This document shows positions 1 to 13,330 of a DNA stretch of 64,000 nt, piece by piece (position 1 is the stretch's first letter; each line of letters opens with the position of its first letter). Where the stretch lies: contig NC_043003.1 in the NCBI RefSeq assembly GCF_006345805.1, forward strand, positions 68,696,001 to 68,760,000, written 5' to 3'. The stretch is from Octopus sinensis (Eukaryota). The notes under the pieces are model-generated. The model made no database searches. It was not told where the DNA came from and saw only the letters and a program-made list of their open reading frames with translations. The position numbers and the translations under genes are program-made.

Positions 1-760
1 AGTTTCTCACAGAAGCAATGCTGATATTTATGAGTTCTGCGACAGTATGAAGGGACTAGTCATCAATTACGTTGGAAAGTCGTTTCACAGGGTTCTGGAA
101 TCACTAAATAAAGCCTGACAGGAAGATAAGCTTTTCACTTAGCCTACAATTAAAGGAATGCAAACGTTAGAAGAGTATAATCTTGTCTCCCAACACAGAG
201 CCTATATAATCAATTCCAATGCAATAACATAAATCACACATCACTTGTCCTAAGATATTACCACCAAATAAAAATATATCTCAAATCAAACATTCTCGAA
301 CTAAACACAACCCAGATAAAGAGCAACACATGTTCCTGCATAATTAATATCCGACTTGAAACATTAATAACTTTTCTGTACAATTATTAGACGATAATAT
401 GACCCCACACAAGACATATCGTATAATAACCATCCGACTCTTGAACTCATAACACGGTTCACTCAGCGAACTTGAAACACGAATTTCATCTAACAAATAA
501 GACAACTCACATCGTTGACTTCACAAGCAAATAAACAAATGCAGGCGAGTGGTAAAAGAGGCGCAAATAATATGGTTTTGCAATTATAAAGCTAGCATTG
601 CAAACACACAGCTATATAGTTTCAAGTTCAATTCCACTGCACGCCACCTTGAACTCACCAATGCCTTCTGAATGAATTTTGTCGACAATAACTGCATGGA
701 ATCTCGATGTATAGAGGTGTGTGTGTGTATTCCCTCAAGTTTTATCGGTAAAAGGGTTCG

Positions 761-882
761 AAAATATAAGGACACAGATTGTATCGTACAGTCAGCTGGA
801 AATGATGTCCTCTGGGGCTAAATTACAGCAACATTCGTCCTAAACCAGGACTGCCATGTTATGTTGGCAAATAATCTTCACT
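761..882 (+). repeat. Fragment of the HHR-bearing repeat family that forms the 49437-49862 hairpin
   Basis: AAAATATAAGGACACAGAT...GCTAAATTACAGCAACATTCGTCCTAAACCAGGACTGCCATGTTATGTTGGCAAA aligns by eye with 49741-49860. Confidence 0.75.
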
Positions 883-2176
883 ACAAAATACTGTTGCTAA
901 ATATCTCTCGTTTGTGAGATTTAGAAATAATAATTTTTATACAAAAATAAGTATAATGGAAAAAGGTTCTCAAGGGAGTTGAACAGCAGAAGCTCTTCAA
1001 AGAAGAAACTGTCTCTGGTTCAAGTGCTTCGGCCCGTAACTTCTTGCACACTAAGGTAGCCGCGTCCAGATCATGACTCCTGGGTGCCCTTCTGCTGACT
1101 TTTTTGAACCATTGATTGTGTGCATTTAAACCGATTGGAGATTTCATCTAGTTGTAATTCCTCTCTGTAGACTCAGCTTTCAAGCTAATACTTAAAGCAG
1201 AAATAATGTTGGTTGCCATGGTAGCAGTGAAACATCAAGGCTATTACAATGACTCAATCATAGTTACTTCTCTTAACGTTAAAACAAACGTATTACCTTC
1301 AAACGGTATGGAAGATGTTTTTGTTCCTCCTCGACCAGACCCAGCTCGAAGATCTCGACGCTGTCTTGGATTTGGACTTTATGGCTTTGGTGGTGTTCTT
1401 CCAAGAAACTAAGAATTGTTTCTACTAAATCCCTGAAGATGGAGCTCCAGTATGGTCGCAGGGATATAGTTCGAACATGTAAAATATAAAAGATAAAGGT
1501 AAGAGCAGTACTAAAACAAGAGTAGAAAACAACCTGCTATAAATGCCATAGCAAAGCAAAACCGATACTGTCCATATACAGACAGTTCTGCACCTCCAAA
1601 AAGCCAATACAGGATTCATTAAAAATAGCAGCAGCTCGTTTATGGTGAAGTAGAAACTCTCATAGAACGTTCAAAATAGAATAAGGATGATAAAATCTTG
1701 TGCCTATAAATCAGGGCTTAATCGAATTTCCTCTTTACGAATTTCCAGGAAATCAATGTAAAAATATGTTTCTTATTCATTTCCTGCCATCCGCTTCTGT
1801 TTTCTCTTGTAGTCAGCTTCTTCCATCTCCACGCACGAAACTCACGAACATAAACCAACATCAAAGAAATTATTATTGTCTGTTAATTTGACGCTGCAAT
1901 GAAACCTGTTTATAGATTATCTACGACATGTCTATATTTATATAGATTGAAATATAGGAAACAGTTATGAATACGATTAGAAATGCAGAAACTGCATGAG
2001 AACAATTGACGTTATCATGATCAGTTCCTAAACAAGATACGGTAGTTCCGAAGAATTTATTATATAACACGAATATTTCGTTCCGTATCATCATCATCAT
2101 CATCATGATTTTCAGCAGCAGCAGCAGCAGCAGCATCTCCTCGACGTTGCCGTTGTTGTTGTTATTTTTATTATTA

Positions 2177-2655
2177 TTATTTCCTTCTTTCTTCAAATTT
2201 TCCTTCCGTTTCTCGCCGAGTATTTTTAGTAGGAGAGAGAAGCTCATTGTATGCATTCCAGATTACACACACAAATTCACAGGTAAAATATGTAATTAAA
2301 AATATTAATAAATAAATAAATTCATGAATAGATGTTGTTTTCACAGTGATAATGCTCTTCTCAGTACATGAGTCGTTCCAGTTAACACGATTCTTTGCAC
2401 TTCCTGTGGGCATGGTAAGCCTGGTATCATTTTCAAATAAGTTTCAGTACCTCTTTTTATCATTCCTAGAGCTCCTACAATCACTGGTACTATATTCGCC
2501 ACATTTTTCAATTTCTATCAGGAAGTCTTTATATTTACTGATCTTGTTAAATTCGTTCGCCACTATATTGTGATCGCAAGGAATACTCATGCCAATTGAT
2601 AAACACACGATTTTTGTCTGATCTTTTATAATAATATCCGGTTTATCAGCTTTTA
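2177..2655 (-). mobile_element. 3' end of RLE-type (R4/Dong-like) non-LTR retrotransposon: restriction-like endonuclease plus 3' UTR
   Basis: Minus strand reads KADKPDIIIKD...IGMSIPCDHN...KISKYKD...VPVIVGALG (PD-D/ExK endonuclease, frameshifted). The UTR 2177-2305 recurs at 6840-6968 and runs into (AAT)n/(AAC)n. Confidence 0.75.
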
Positions 2656-2689
2656 TAGTGGTACGAGCATAAACCCGAAGACATCATCG

Positions 2690-3065
2690 AAAATAATAAT
2701 GCAAATATCATATGGTATTTTATGATTCAGTGCTACCGTGAGATTGCGAATAGGAAACCAAACATAGTGTTAATTGAGAAAGATAGCAAACGATGCTGGA
2801 TCATAGATGTAGACTGCTCAGCTGACAACAAGGTACACGATAAGGAAGAAAAAAAGTCGATATATATGACAGGTTATCTTGAGAGGTTAAGCAGTTGCGG
2901 TCGATGTAAAAGGTGGTTGTAGTACCAATTACAGTCGGATCCCTGGGAACAGTGAGTAAAAATTTTGAGAAATACATGGAATAAATAGGGGTTGCAATAA
3001 GGGTGGAACACTGGAATACTCCAGATGGTGCTTAGTGAACAGATGACACCATAGTACATCTGCAG
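2690..3065 (+). mobile_element. RLE endonuclease fragment of R4/Dong-like LINE with internally deleted 3' end
   Basis: ORF 2722-2922 RKPNIVLIEKDSKRCWIIDVDCSADNKV, a paralog of 4667-5074; ends in GACACCATAGTACATCT like 5101-5117. Confidence 0.8.
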
Positions 3066-4660
3066 AGGTAGAAGCTGTGCAGCCGCCCAGGTTTTGATAG
3101 ATTCAATTTTATTCTGTCCGTTAAATTTCGACTTAAGTATCAGTCTCAGTCTGTGCAAGTACTCCATCTTCAATTTTCTGTCGATTCTTTCTCCGTCATT
3201 TTATCCATTTCCAATATCTCCAAGTACTTATAACCCGTCTCTTCTATCTGCTTCATAACCTCCCCCGACGGTATCGCTAGCCTGTCCATACATTTGAATT
3301 CGCCTCTCTTCAAGACTAAAAACACACTTTTTCAGTCCGAACCCCATTCTGATATCAACACTGTATGTATATAGTGTATCAACGAGGGAACTGATTTGGG
3401 ATTCATCGTTACCATAAAGTTTGAGGTTATCCATGAATAACAAAAGGTTGTCTCTTTGTTGGCAGCTTTTGAATAAACATCCAGCTTTTGCATTCCTCAG
3501 AATTAGTGTTATTGGTATCATGCACAGTACAAAGATCAGTGGGGAAAAGCAGTCCCCTTGGAAGAAACCTCTCTTGATTTCTGTTGTCGTAAACTCCTTC
3601 CATATGCTGTCAGTTCCTTCCTCCACTTCGCTATACTTTATTCGAGCAATCACAATATTTTCTATATAAGTAGCCAACAGGATATCGGCCTGTAATTGCC
3701 TACCGTATTGTCTTTTTCTATGTTATTTAAGCAAAACATTGTCCTACACATTGTCAACCACTCTGGTTTTACTTGGTCAGCATTTAACAAGGCGTTCAGT
3801 TGTGTAGCTATCCGTGCATTACATTCACCAAATCTTTTGATCCAGTAGCCTTGAACTCCATCTGGTCCCGGGGCCTTGCAGTTGCTCATTTTTTTGCTGA
3901 TTTCCATTACTTCCCTGACTGAAATGACTAGTTCTGCCTGATTTGGACACACTGATGTTTGTTTCAGTTCTTGCAACCATTCAGCATCCTTCTTGTACTC
4001 CTTGTTTTTGCTCCAGATGTTACTCCAAAACCTTTGACTTTCAATGTTATCTGGTATCAAACTTCAATCTGTACACTCTCTGTTTAAGTTATTTCTTTGT
4101 AGAAGCTCTTCTGATCTACTCTGAATAACCTATTCTACTGGAATCCTTTCACTCATTGATCGTATCTCACCCTCTTTGCTTTCTTTGCAACGTGGAGCTG
4201 TTTTAGTTCCTCCATTACCACATTCGGCTCCTTTCTTTCAATATCATACTTCCTGTTCAATGCTCTGTATTTTTTTCGCTTTCAAGCTGTCCCTTCTCTT
4301 TTCGGTCTAACACAGAAATGTCTTTCGAGACCATATCTAACCCCGCCTGTATTCTTCTTTTCTACCATGGATCTTTTCTTTTGTCACTCCCATAATATTT
4401 ATTTTTCTTGATAGCAACATCCACGTTTTCTGCTACAAAATACTTGCTGCCTTGATCAAGTTATTTGTTTTTCTGTCGTTTTTTTTTCTGATGTATTTCA
4501 GAATTTCATTCATATTTTTCGTTTCTTTGTTCAGTTTCTACCGATCAACCTTTTTAAGGTTGTAAATAATGTCGCTATCGTTCTCCTGTAGCCATACCTG
4601 TATTCTGTGGTAGATTGCCTTTCACCTTTCTCTCTTGTCACCATTAGTTTTATTGACTTC
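3066..4660 (-). pseudogene. Reverse transcriptase region of R4/Dong-like LINE (frameshifted, deleted)
   Basis: KAPGPDGVQGYWIK and NYRPISC (3662-4060); IKRGFFQGDCFSPLIF, LLFMDNLKLY and MGFGLKKC (3228-3677). Confidence 0.9.
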
Positions 4661-4666
4661 TAACAG

Positions 4667-5150
4667 ATGGTCTATATGTCTCTCAAACCCGAAAATGATA
4701 ATGCAAAGATCCTATGGGATTTTATGATTCAGTGTAACCATGAGATACAGAATAAGAAACAAGACATAGTGATAACTGAGAAAGAAAGCGAGCGATGTTG
4801 GATTATAGATATAACATGCCCAGCTGACAATAAGGTATGCGATAAGGAAGGAAGAAAAGTAGATAGATATGACAGGTTAGTTTGGGAGGTTAGGCAGTTG
4901 TGGTTGCTGGAAAAGGAGTTACTCGCACCAATAATTATCGGAGACCTGGGAACTGTGAGTAAAAATCTTGAGAAGTACGTGGAACAAATAGGGGCTGCAA
5001 TAAGGGTGAAACACTTGCAGAAAACAGTATTTCTTGGAGCCGCTCGAATAATCCGGAAGCTGCTCGAAAAATAAGATGTGTTAACTGGTAGTGAACAGCT
5101 GACACCGTAGTACATCTCCAGCGTTAGAATCTGTGTAAAGGCAATGAAAA
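4667..5150 (+). mobile_element. RLE endonuclease domain and 3' UTR of R4/Dong-like LINE
   Basis: ENDNAKILWDFMIQ...DIVI...IIDITCP...KVDRY...PIIIGDLG; 3' end abuts (AAC)n(AAT)n. Confidence 0.9.
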
Positions 5151-5172
5151 CAACAACAACAACAACAACAAC

Positions 5173-5231
<59 letters not shown>
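5149..5231 (+). repeat. (AAC)n(AAT)n microsatellite, LINE tail or target
   Basis: Direct reading. Confidence 0.95.
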
Positions 5232-5232
<1 letters not shown>

Positions 5233-5282
5233 GAAACAGTGATAGCTTGCCCGATGAGAGACATTAGATGGTCTGGTAAAAG

Positions 5283-5595
5283 ACAATAAAACTAATGGTG
5301 ATATGAGAGATGGGTGAAAGGCAATCTACCATAGAATAAAGGCTTGGCTAAAGGAGGACGATAGCGACATTATTTACAACCTTAAAAAGGTTGATCGGTA
5401 GAAACTGAACAAAGAAACGAAAAATATGAATGAAATTTTGAAATACATCAGAAAAAAAAACGTCACAGAAACAAATAACTTCAAGGCAGCAAGTATTTTG
5501 TAGTAGAAAATGTGAATGTTGATATTAAGAAAAAGAAATATAATGGGAGTGAAAAAAGAAAAGATCCATGGTGGAAAAGAAGAATACAGGCGGGG
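5283..5595 (+). mobile_element. Inverted paralog of the LINE pre-RT segment 4345-4657
   Basis: GAAAGGCAATCTACCA...AACCTTAAAAAGGTTGATCGGTAGAAACTGAACAAAGAAACG is the reverse complement of about 4525-4625. Confidence 0.85.
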
Positions 5596-5960
5596 TTCTT
5601 TCAATATGATATCTGGCCTATTCGCATCTATCTTTCTGTCAGTTTGAATGGTGAAGTTCCAGAGGAGTGAGATGTGGTCATTTTCAAGCAATGGAGGTGG
5701 TTTGTGTTTTTATCATGGGGCAAGTCCAGGCTTTTGCAAATTACCCAGTGAATATATGGTGTAGCTCTATCATAACCGTTGAGATACTCTGTAGGCGCAA
5801 GAAGACTGGACTTGGAGACAACATGATCAATGGTTTCATTTTGTTGTTGGGCTACTGCCGTTCTTCAATATGTTGGCCTGGTAGTTCCTTGTAGGTAGGC
5901 ATTGATCTTGAGCTGCTATGATAAACCCTTCTGTTTCAGATTTTAAGCCAGAGGCCATTC
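5596..5960 (-). mobile_element. Zinc-knuckle/RLE fragment of an RLE LINE from a second family
   Basis: LENDHISLLWNFTIQTDRKIDANRPDIILKE, preceded by GLKSETEGFIIAAQDQ and ETIDHVVS motifs. Confidence 0.8.
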
Positions 5961-5988
5961 GCCATTATTATTAATATTATTATTATTG

Positions 5989-6034
<46 letters not shown>

Positions 6035-6200
6035 GTAAGGCGGTGATTGTGTAGAGACGTTAGCACATAGGGCGAAATGGTTAGTGCTATATCCGGTTTT
6101 ACCTTCTTTAATTCATCTTTTAGAGTATCACTCAAGCACTTGGGTTAATGTAAGTGACTAGAGTCCTCCCACAAATTTCCGGCCTTGTGCCTATAATAGC

Positions 6201-6231
<31 letters not shown>

Positions 6232-6790
6232 TGTTGTTGTTGTTGCAGCAGCATTTTTCTCTTGTTTCACCTGATTGGTGTATTATGCTTCCTACTGAAC
6301 CAAAACTGTGATCTCTAATGAGTATTTCGTTATATTCCTAGAACGGTTTTTTTTTTCTTCTTCTACTCTGCATAAGTCTTTTCACTTTTCTACTGAGGAC
6401 ATTTGGATATTTTTTGCGAACCTAATAATCATGCTTTCTATTTCGCATCTACCCTTAGATTAGGATCAAGTTTTCTTTCAAGGCTCTGATGGCAAATGTT
6501 TTTTTTTTATCATTTTTCTCTCTGTTGTCAGTGTTCCGTTTTTTTTGGTTCTTTTTGTGTTTGTTTATTTTTTTTTGCTCCTTTTTATTATGGTCACAAA
6601 TGAGCATGTCACGTCAATTACAACACCTAGCTTCTATTTCTTGTCAACAATATGGCCAGCGTGTTCTATTTTAATCAGCTACGTACCATCGTTTTTCGAG
6701 AGCTTGAATTTCCTGTTATCTTCCAAATCGCTATGGTTTATATTTTTTCTCCTGAGCATCCACACTGATTACTATTATTATTTATGATTA

Positions 6791-6835
<45 letters not shown>

Positions 6836-6839
6836 GTTT

Positions 6840-6968
6840 TTTCCTTCTTTCTTCAAATTTTCTTCCGTTTTTCGCCGAGTGTTTTCCATACACCTAGGGC
6901 AGAGAAGGGCATTGTATACATTCCCAGATTACACGCGCAAATTCACAGATAAAATATGTATTTAAAAA
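6840..6968 (-). mobile_element. Isolated 3' UTR of RLE LINE between (TTA)n tracts
   Basis: Near copy of 2177-2305. Confidence 0.7.
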
Positions 6969-7037
6969 TTATTATTATTATCATTATTATTATTATCATT
7001 ATTATTATCATTATTATCATTATTATTATCATTAATA

Positions 7038-7086
<49 letters not shown>

Positions 7087-7096
7087 TGTTATTATT

Positions 7097-7300
7097 TAAG
7101 GCAGCGAGCTGGCAGAAACGTTAGCACGACTGGTGAAGTGCTTTAGCGGCATTACGTCTGTCTGAGTTCAAATGCCACCGGGGTCGATTTTGCGTTCATC
7201 CTTTCGGGGTCGATAAATTAAGTATCAGTTTCCCACTGGGGTCGATGTAATCGACTTAATCCCTTTCCCCAAATTGAGGCATTGTGCTTCCAGTAGAAAA
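7097..7300 (+). mobile_element. SINE family B (tRNA-like head plus Meta/Sauria-like core)
   Basis: TAAGGCAGCGAGCTGGCAGAAACGTTAGCAC...GAGTTCAAAT (B-box) then TTCATCCTTTCGGGGTCGATAAATTAAGTA core. Confidence 0.85.
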
Positions 7301-7339
<39 letters not shown>

Positions 7340-8081
7340 TACTACTACTACTACTATTATCATCATCATCATCATCATCATCATTATTATTGAATGTGAG
7401 AGCAACGCACCCCATTAAAGTGACACTGGTATCAAATATACAAAGCCCATTATACCCTTCATGACCACCCACTTTATTAGGGTGCATCAGACACATACAT
7501 CCCAACCATATGTTCTCGACATGGTGATCTACTATGAAGATGAACAGCGCATAACCTTGCAAGTGGGGCTCAGTTAGACATTTTCTTGGTCTAGTAGCCC
7601 ACCCCGCACAAAAGATACCTGGATAAGAGTTGGTTAAAGATGATGAACAAAATACCAATGTTTCCGGAGGTGAAACATTCAAAACCCAAAGAATTCCTCT
7701 CAACACATGGCTATGATATTTCTCCACAACTCCTACTCGTGATTAGAGATGTACATATTGACAGCCGCTAAGGGACATACTTAATTGGTTAAGGTCAGGC
7801 AACAGATGAGCAAATCTGTGGTATTGAGCACAGTATATGCTGTACTTCATCTTTTATACGAAGACAAAACATATATATAACACTTCAAATCAGTAATGAT
7901 CAGGACCATATGAGCATTGCCCGGTCCTCCATTATGACATTCATTGTTGTTGTTATGATTATTATCATTTTTCTTACTTCTAATTTGCATGTTTGTTACA
8001 ATCACTTGCCCAGACACACCCAGCGTCCTTGGTGAGTGAAGGATAAGGGATGTTAAAGTATGACTGAAAGCTTATTATTGG

Positions 8082-8410
8082 TAAGGCGGCGAGCTGGCAG
8101 AATCGTTAGGACGCCGGGCGAAATGCTCAGCAGTATTTAGTCTGTCACTACCTTCTGAGTTCAAATTCCGCCGAGGTCGACTTTGCCTTTCATCCTTTCG
8201 GGGTCGATTAAATAAGTATCAGTTACGCACTGGGGTCGATATAAACGACTTATTCCGTTTGTCTGTCCTTGTTTGTCCTCTCTATGTTTAGCCCCTTGTG
8301 GGTAGTAAAGAAATAGGTGAGCTGGCAAAATCGTTGGCACTCCGGGGAAAAAATGCTTAACATCATTTCGTCCGTGTCTACGTTCTGAGTTCAAATTCCT
8401 CCGAATTTTA
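8082..8410 (+). mobile_element. SINE family B, head duplicated
   Basis: Same head and core; a second head starts at about 8317. Confidence 0.85.
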
Positions 8411-8462
8411 CTTTATTATTATAATTTAAGTGTTATTGACAGGAATGACTCGATATATATTC

Positions 8463-8648
8463 TTTTCTACTCTAGGCACAAGACCCGAAATTTTGGAGGA
8501 GGAGGCCAGTTGATTATATCGTCTCCAGTATGCAACTGGTAATTAATTTATCGACCCCGAAATGGTGAAAGGCAAAGTCGACCTCTGCGGAATTTGAACT
8601 CAGAACGTAAAAATACAGCTAAGTATTTCGCCCAGCTCTCCGCCTTAC
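8463..8648 (-). mobile_element. SINE family B
   Basis: Reverse complement of core and head (GAAAGGCAAAGTCGACC...GAATTTGAACTCAGAAC...CGCCTTA). Confidence 0.85.
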
Positions 8649-9457
8649 GCCTTATGGCTCAATAGACATTAGGTCTGTAAAATGTAGCTTTTGCACGATT
8701 CAGAATGTTTCCGACGGCTTTTTTTTTTGTCGGTTCTACAGATGAACTAATTTCTTTTCGCTGAGTTATCTTTTCTCTGTTTCAGAATTCTCCCTTCCGG
8801 AAGTGTCCTCTTTTTGTATTTGCATCATTTAGCATTTTCTAAATAGAAAAATAAAACATGGAAAACAGACAGCAACACGAACCCAAGCGAAAGAATATCA
8901 TTGTTCACGAGATAGGAATGTGTCAAACAGCAAGTAACAGATACGGCATTAAAAACAATGAGAGAGTATGCAGATAAATACAAGCAGCTAGGGGTTCTTT
9001 TGATGATAATACCATTGTTAAATTCATAGCAGGGACATTGTAGCGGAAAATTTCCCGTCGAATGCTCGGGTGGTTTTCATAGATACTGAGCTAACATGAA
9101 CAATTACAAGAAGCACGTCAATATAAGCAACAACAAAAGAAGAACATGTACAGCAAGAAAAGAAAATACAAAACAATGGTAATAACATGTATAAGAAAGG
9201 TAAGGAAATAACAAAAATGATGACAGCAAAACTTAACCCTTTAACATTCAAACAAGCCATATAAGCCCCAAATTTTCCACCTGCTTATGTTCAAACCAAT
9301 GTGGCCCCTAACATCTAACTTACAATGTTATACTGATAATAAAGAATCAGATTTTGTCACCACCAGATGATGCGTGATTAATATAAATTAATGTGAATAA
9401 ATAAGCATTACATTTGATAGAGAAATATGAACACTAGAAAAAAACGAAAAAGTAAAT

Positions 9458-9838
9458 AAACGTTAGCACGCCGGGCGAAGTGCTTACCGGTTTTTTGTCT
9501 GCCGTTACGTTCTGAGTTCAAATTCCGACGAGGTCGACTTTGCCTTTCATTCTTTCAGGGTCGATTAAATAAGTAACAGTTACGCACTGGAGTCGATATA
9601 ATCGACTTAATCCGTGTGTCAGTCCTTGTTTGTCCCCTCTGTGTTTAGCCCCTTGTGGATAGTAACGAAATAGGCATTTCATCTGTCTTTATGTTCTGAG
9701 TTCAAATTCCGCCGAGGTCGACTTTGCCTTTCATTCTTTCGGGAGTCGATAAATTAAGTACCAGTTGCGTACTGGGGTCGAACTAATCGACTTCCCCCCT
9801 CCCCCCAAATCCCGGGTCTTGTGCCTACAGTAGAAAAG
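9458..9838 (+). mobile_element. Dimeric SINE family B
   Basis: Two B-box/core modules in tandem; the same dimer occurs on the minus strand at 53205-53576. Confidence 0.85.
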
Positions 9839-10516
9839 GATATGAATATTAAACATTAAAAAAATGTATTCATCTTTGTCATTCACCAGTTCCTGGTAAA
9901 AAGATTTGTACCTTGAAATATTTTAGCCGTATAACTTGAACAAAGGTTATGAGACATCCAACCCAGAAGACGCTCTTTGAGATTTGCTTTCCCATTAAAG
10001 CCTTTTGCTTTGGGTGTTCGTGAACTCAGATATATTTTTAACGATGTGTGACGATTTTGAGTAAGGTTATGGTTCGCTTCGTTTTCTTCACATTCTTATC
10101 TGATCAAATTATTATTGGAACTTGTTTGCTTGGAATGTTCCTGCATTCAGTCGTAGTGTCTTTCGATATTGAGAGTTTCTTCTTTTCATGCAGCTCATGT
10201 CAGCACATACACTGCTCCTATCTGTATATACTGATATGTACCTTTTATATTTCACTTGTTTCAGTTATTGAAATGCGGCCATACTGGGGTACCGCCTTGA
10301 AGAGTTCAGTCGTACAAATGGACGCAAGTACTTCTATTTTTCTTGTAACGCATGATACTTATTATGTTGGTGATTTTTCCACCCGCATCACTACCATACG
10401 TGGACATAAACAAACCAACACCGGTTTTCAAGTGGTGGTGGTGGGGAAAGCTCACAGAGAAAGACACACACAGATATATACGTATGTTTGGGAAATATAT
10501 ATACATGCATACACAT

Positions 10517-10579
<63 letters not shown>

Positions 10580-10873
10580 AAATAATAGTTATCGCCATAC
10601 TAATATGGCATTCCTATAAAAATAAGAAAAAAGCTGTCCGCTTATTACTGGCTGGCTACGCTGCATTGAAAAGGGGCAATACCCCGAAACGCGTCTGTAG
10701 CTGCCGGTCAAGTAGTGTGGAGCGACTGACCTCCCTTGTTCGAAGGTTATATGGATGCAGTTTGTGTATCAAATAGCTAACTTGGGGCGATGGCCTCATG
10801 GAGCTAATAAGCGGACAGCTTTTTTCTTATTTTTATAGGAATGCCATATTAGTATGGCGATAACTATTATTTT
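10580..10873 (+). mobile_element. PLE-like foldback unit with about 68-bp inverted arms enclosing a hammerhead-like motif, next to (TA)n
   Basis: 10580-10647 is the reverse complement of 10805-10873; HHR-like motif at 10653-10703. Confidence 0.7.
10653..10703 (+). ncRNA. Atypical type I hammerhead-like motif with expanded core
   Basis: Helix I GGCUACG/UGUAGCU; core CUGCAUUGAAAA; helix II GGGG-CAAUA-CCCC; GAA, palindromic ACGCGU, GUC triplet. Confidence 0.55.
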
Positions 10874-10927
10874 CCGGGAACGCTTCCGCTGTTCTCTTTT
10901 AGAGAGACTTAGTTATTTTAATATTTC

Positions 10928-10995
<68 letters not shown>

Positions 10996-10996
10996 A

Positions 10997-11043
10997 GCCT
11001 TGTGAGTGTATTTGGTAGACGGTACTGAAAGAAGCCCGTCGTA

Positions 11044-11089
<46 letters not shown>

Positions 11090-11300
11090 GTATGTACGTA
11101 TGTATGTATGCGTTTGTGTATCTGTGTTTGTCACCCCAACATGATTTGACAACAGATGCTGGTGTGTTTACGTCCCCGTAAATTAGCGGTTCGGCAAAAG
11201 GAAACCTACAGAATAAGTCCTGGGGTCGATTTGCTTGACTAAAAGCGGTGCTGCAGCATGGTCACATTCAAATGACTGAAATAAATAAAAGAATAAGAGA
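10997..11300 (+). mobile_element. SINE family A, headless copy with internal (TA)n
   Basis: GCCTTGTGAGTG.ATTTGGTAGACGG...GCGGTGCTGCAGCATGGTCACATTCAAATGACTGAAA. Confidence 0.85.
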
Positions 11301-12312
11301 ACATATATAATGAGTTTCTTTCAATTTCCTTGTATCGTTCTACCAAATCTCACAAGGGTTTGGTGGGCCCGAGCCTCTAGTAGAAGACACTTGTCCAAGG
11401 TACTACGCAGTGGGACGGAAATCGTCACCATGTGTTTGAGAAGCAAGTTTCTTATCATACAGCCACCTCTGCGCTTATATATTTATATACATATTGCGTT
11501 CCCATCATAGCTTATTATAGTTGTCTGAAACTCCAAATCAGCTCAGAGAGATTACCAGGTTTCAGTGGCCAAATCAGCGTCTATTGGTGTGCTTAAAATA
11601 TATCTCCATTATCTTTTATCAGCTTTCGCGTCGAACGGTAGCCATATTACCTGTAGGAATAGCTACCGAATCTAAAGTCTCTGTAACTTAACTCAAACTT
11701 TGAAACACCTGGACACCCAGAAGCACAGACATAAAATGTCTCATAGTACTATTTGCATATCTGCCACAAATATTAGCATCTGCTTTAATTCATATCTCTG
11801 AAAATTTACAGCGAGACTAAATTCAAACGAATTTGTTCTTTTACACTGGAAAAATTGAGCCATTGTTGACTTCTAACTTGCTGTTCCTGTTAATGTCACT
11901 TATCAAAGAAATCTTCACTATATAATTATTATTATTGTTATTATTATTATATTATTATTATTATTATTGTTGTTGTTGTTATTGTTGTTGTTGTTGTTGT
12001 TGTTCTTGTTGTTCTTGTTGTTGTTACGTTTATTACTGACAATTTGATTTAGAAACTTACTTTATTGTTGTTTTTAATCTTTAGATTGTATTTTAGACGT
12101 TTCTCTGCAACATTTTTTCCCCGCAATCAATCAACATTGCTGCCGAAATTAGGCACTAGGGAAGCTAATCAATTATATAATGACATTATAGTCTGGACAA
12201 TGGGTAATTACTTAGAGACAAACATACATACACACACACACACAGACGCATACACACAAGCACACATACACACATAGAGAAGTTGCTTTTATTTTTGATC
12301 TGCCTTTATATA

Positions 12313-12382
<70 letters not shown>

Positions 12383-12472
12383 TTATAGGCATGTATATAT
12401 ATATATATATGATATATATATATATATATATATACTTAAATGCATATATATATATATCATATATATATATCA

Positions 12473-12506
<34 letters not shown>

Positions 12507-12891
12507 CACATAGACACACACACACACATATATATATAGAAAGAGAGACACAGAATGACAGAGAGAGAGAGAGAGAGGGAGAAATAGGTTCCTGAACTAG
12601 GGGTCAAGAGAATTTGCCACCACAGCGTAGCAAAATGACTTCAATAAAGTTAAATATATGTGTGCGTGTACACACACACACTCACACACATATATATATA
12701 TATACATTTATATACATATACATACATACATACACACACACATATATATATACATACATATATATATACATATATATATATACATACATACATATACATA
12801 TACATTTATTCACGCGCACAAACTTCCATACATATTTTACTTTCGCTTTCAACAAAGTGGCCCTTGTATTTATTGTCTTCTTCATACATGC

Positions 12892-12934
<43 letters not shown>

Positions 12935-13012
12935 GTGTGTGTGTGTGTATGTGTGTGTGTGTGTATGTGTATTGTATATTATATATATATGTATATATAC
13001 ATATATATATAC

Positions 13013-13095
<83 letters not shown>

Positions 13096-13096
13096 T

Positions 13097-13330
13097 TTAG
13101 CCTGTAATTGAAGGACCATCAATATCTAAACTCATCAGGTGTTTGAGCATACAACCAATTGATCTATAATAAAAAGAAAACGCTAGGCTATGCAAAAGAA
13201 TATCACCAATATGTAACTTATGTCTTGAGGAAACTCTAGAGTTCATCACATCCCGGGAAAACACTGAAGTAATCATATCAGAAGTAGACATTCCGTAGTA
13301 ATCATATCAGGCAAACATAAGATCAAGGCA
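13097..13330 (+). pseudogene. Degraded C-terminus of PLE GIY-YIG endonuclease (Naiad-like)
   Basis: Around 13195-13250 reads KRISPICNLCLEETLEFIT, the CxLCxxE motif also seen in ORF 30761-31174. Confidence 0.5.

Noticed and set aside
1206-1412. ORF containing LYGFGG, like the histone H4 C-terminus
   Set aside because: No other H4 similarity; judged coincidental
1433-1485. CTGAAGA...GAACATGTA hammerhead-like string
   Set aside because: No helix I and incomplete GAAA
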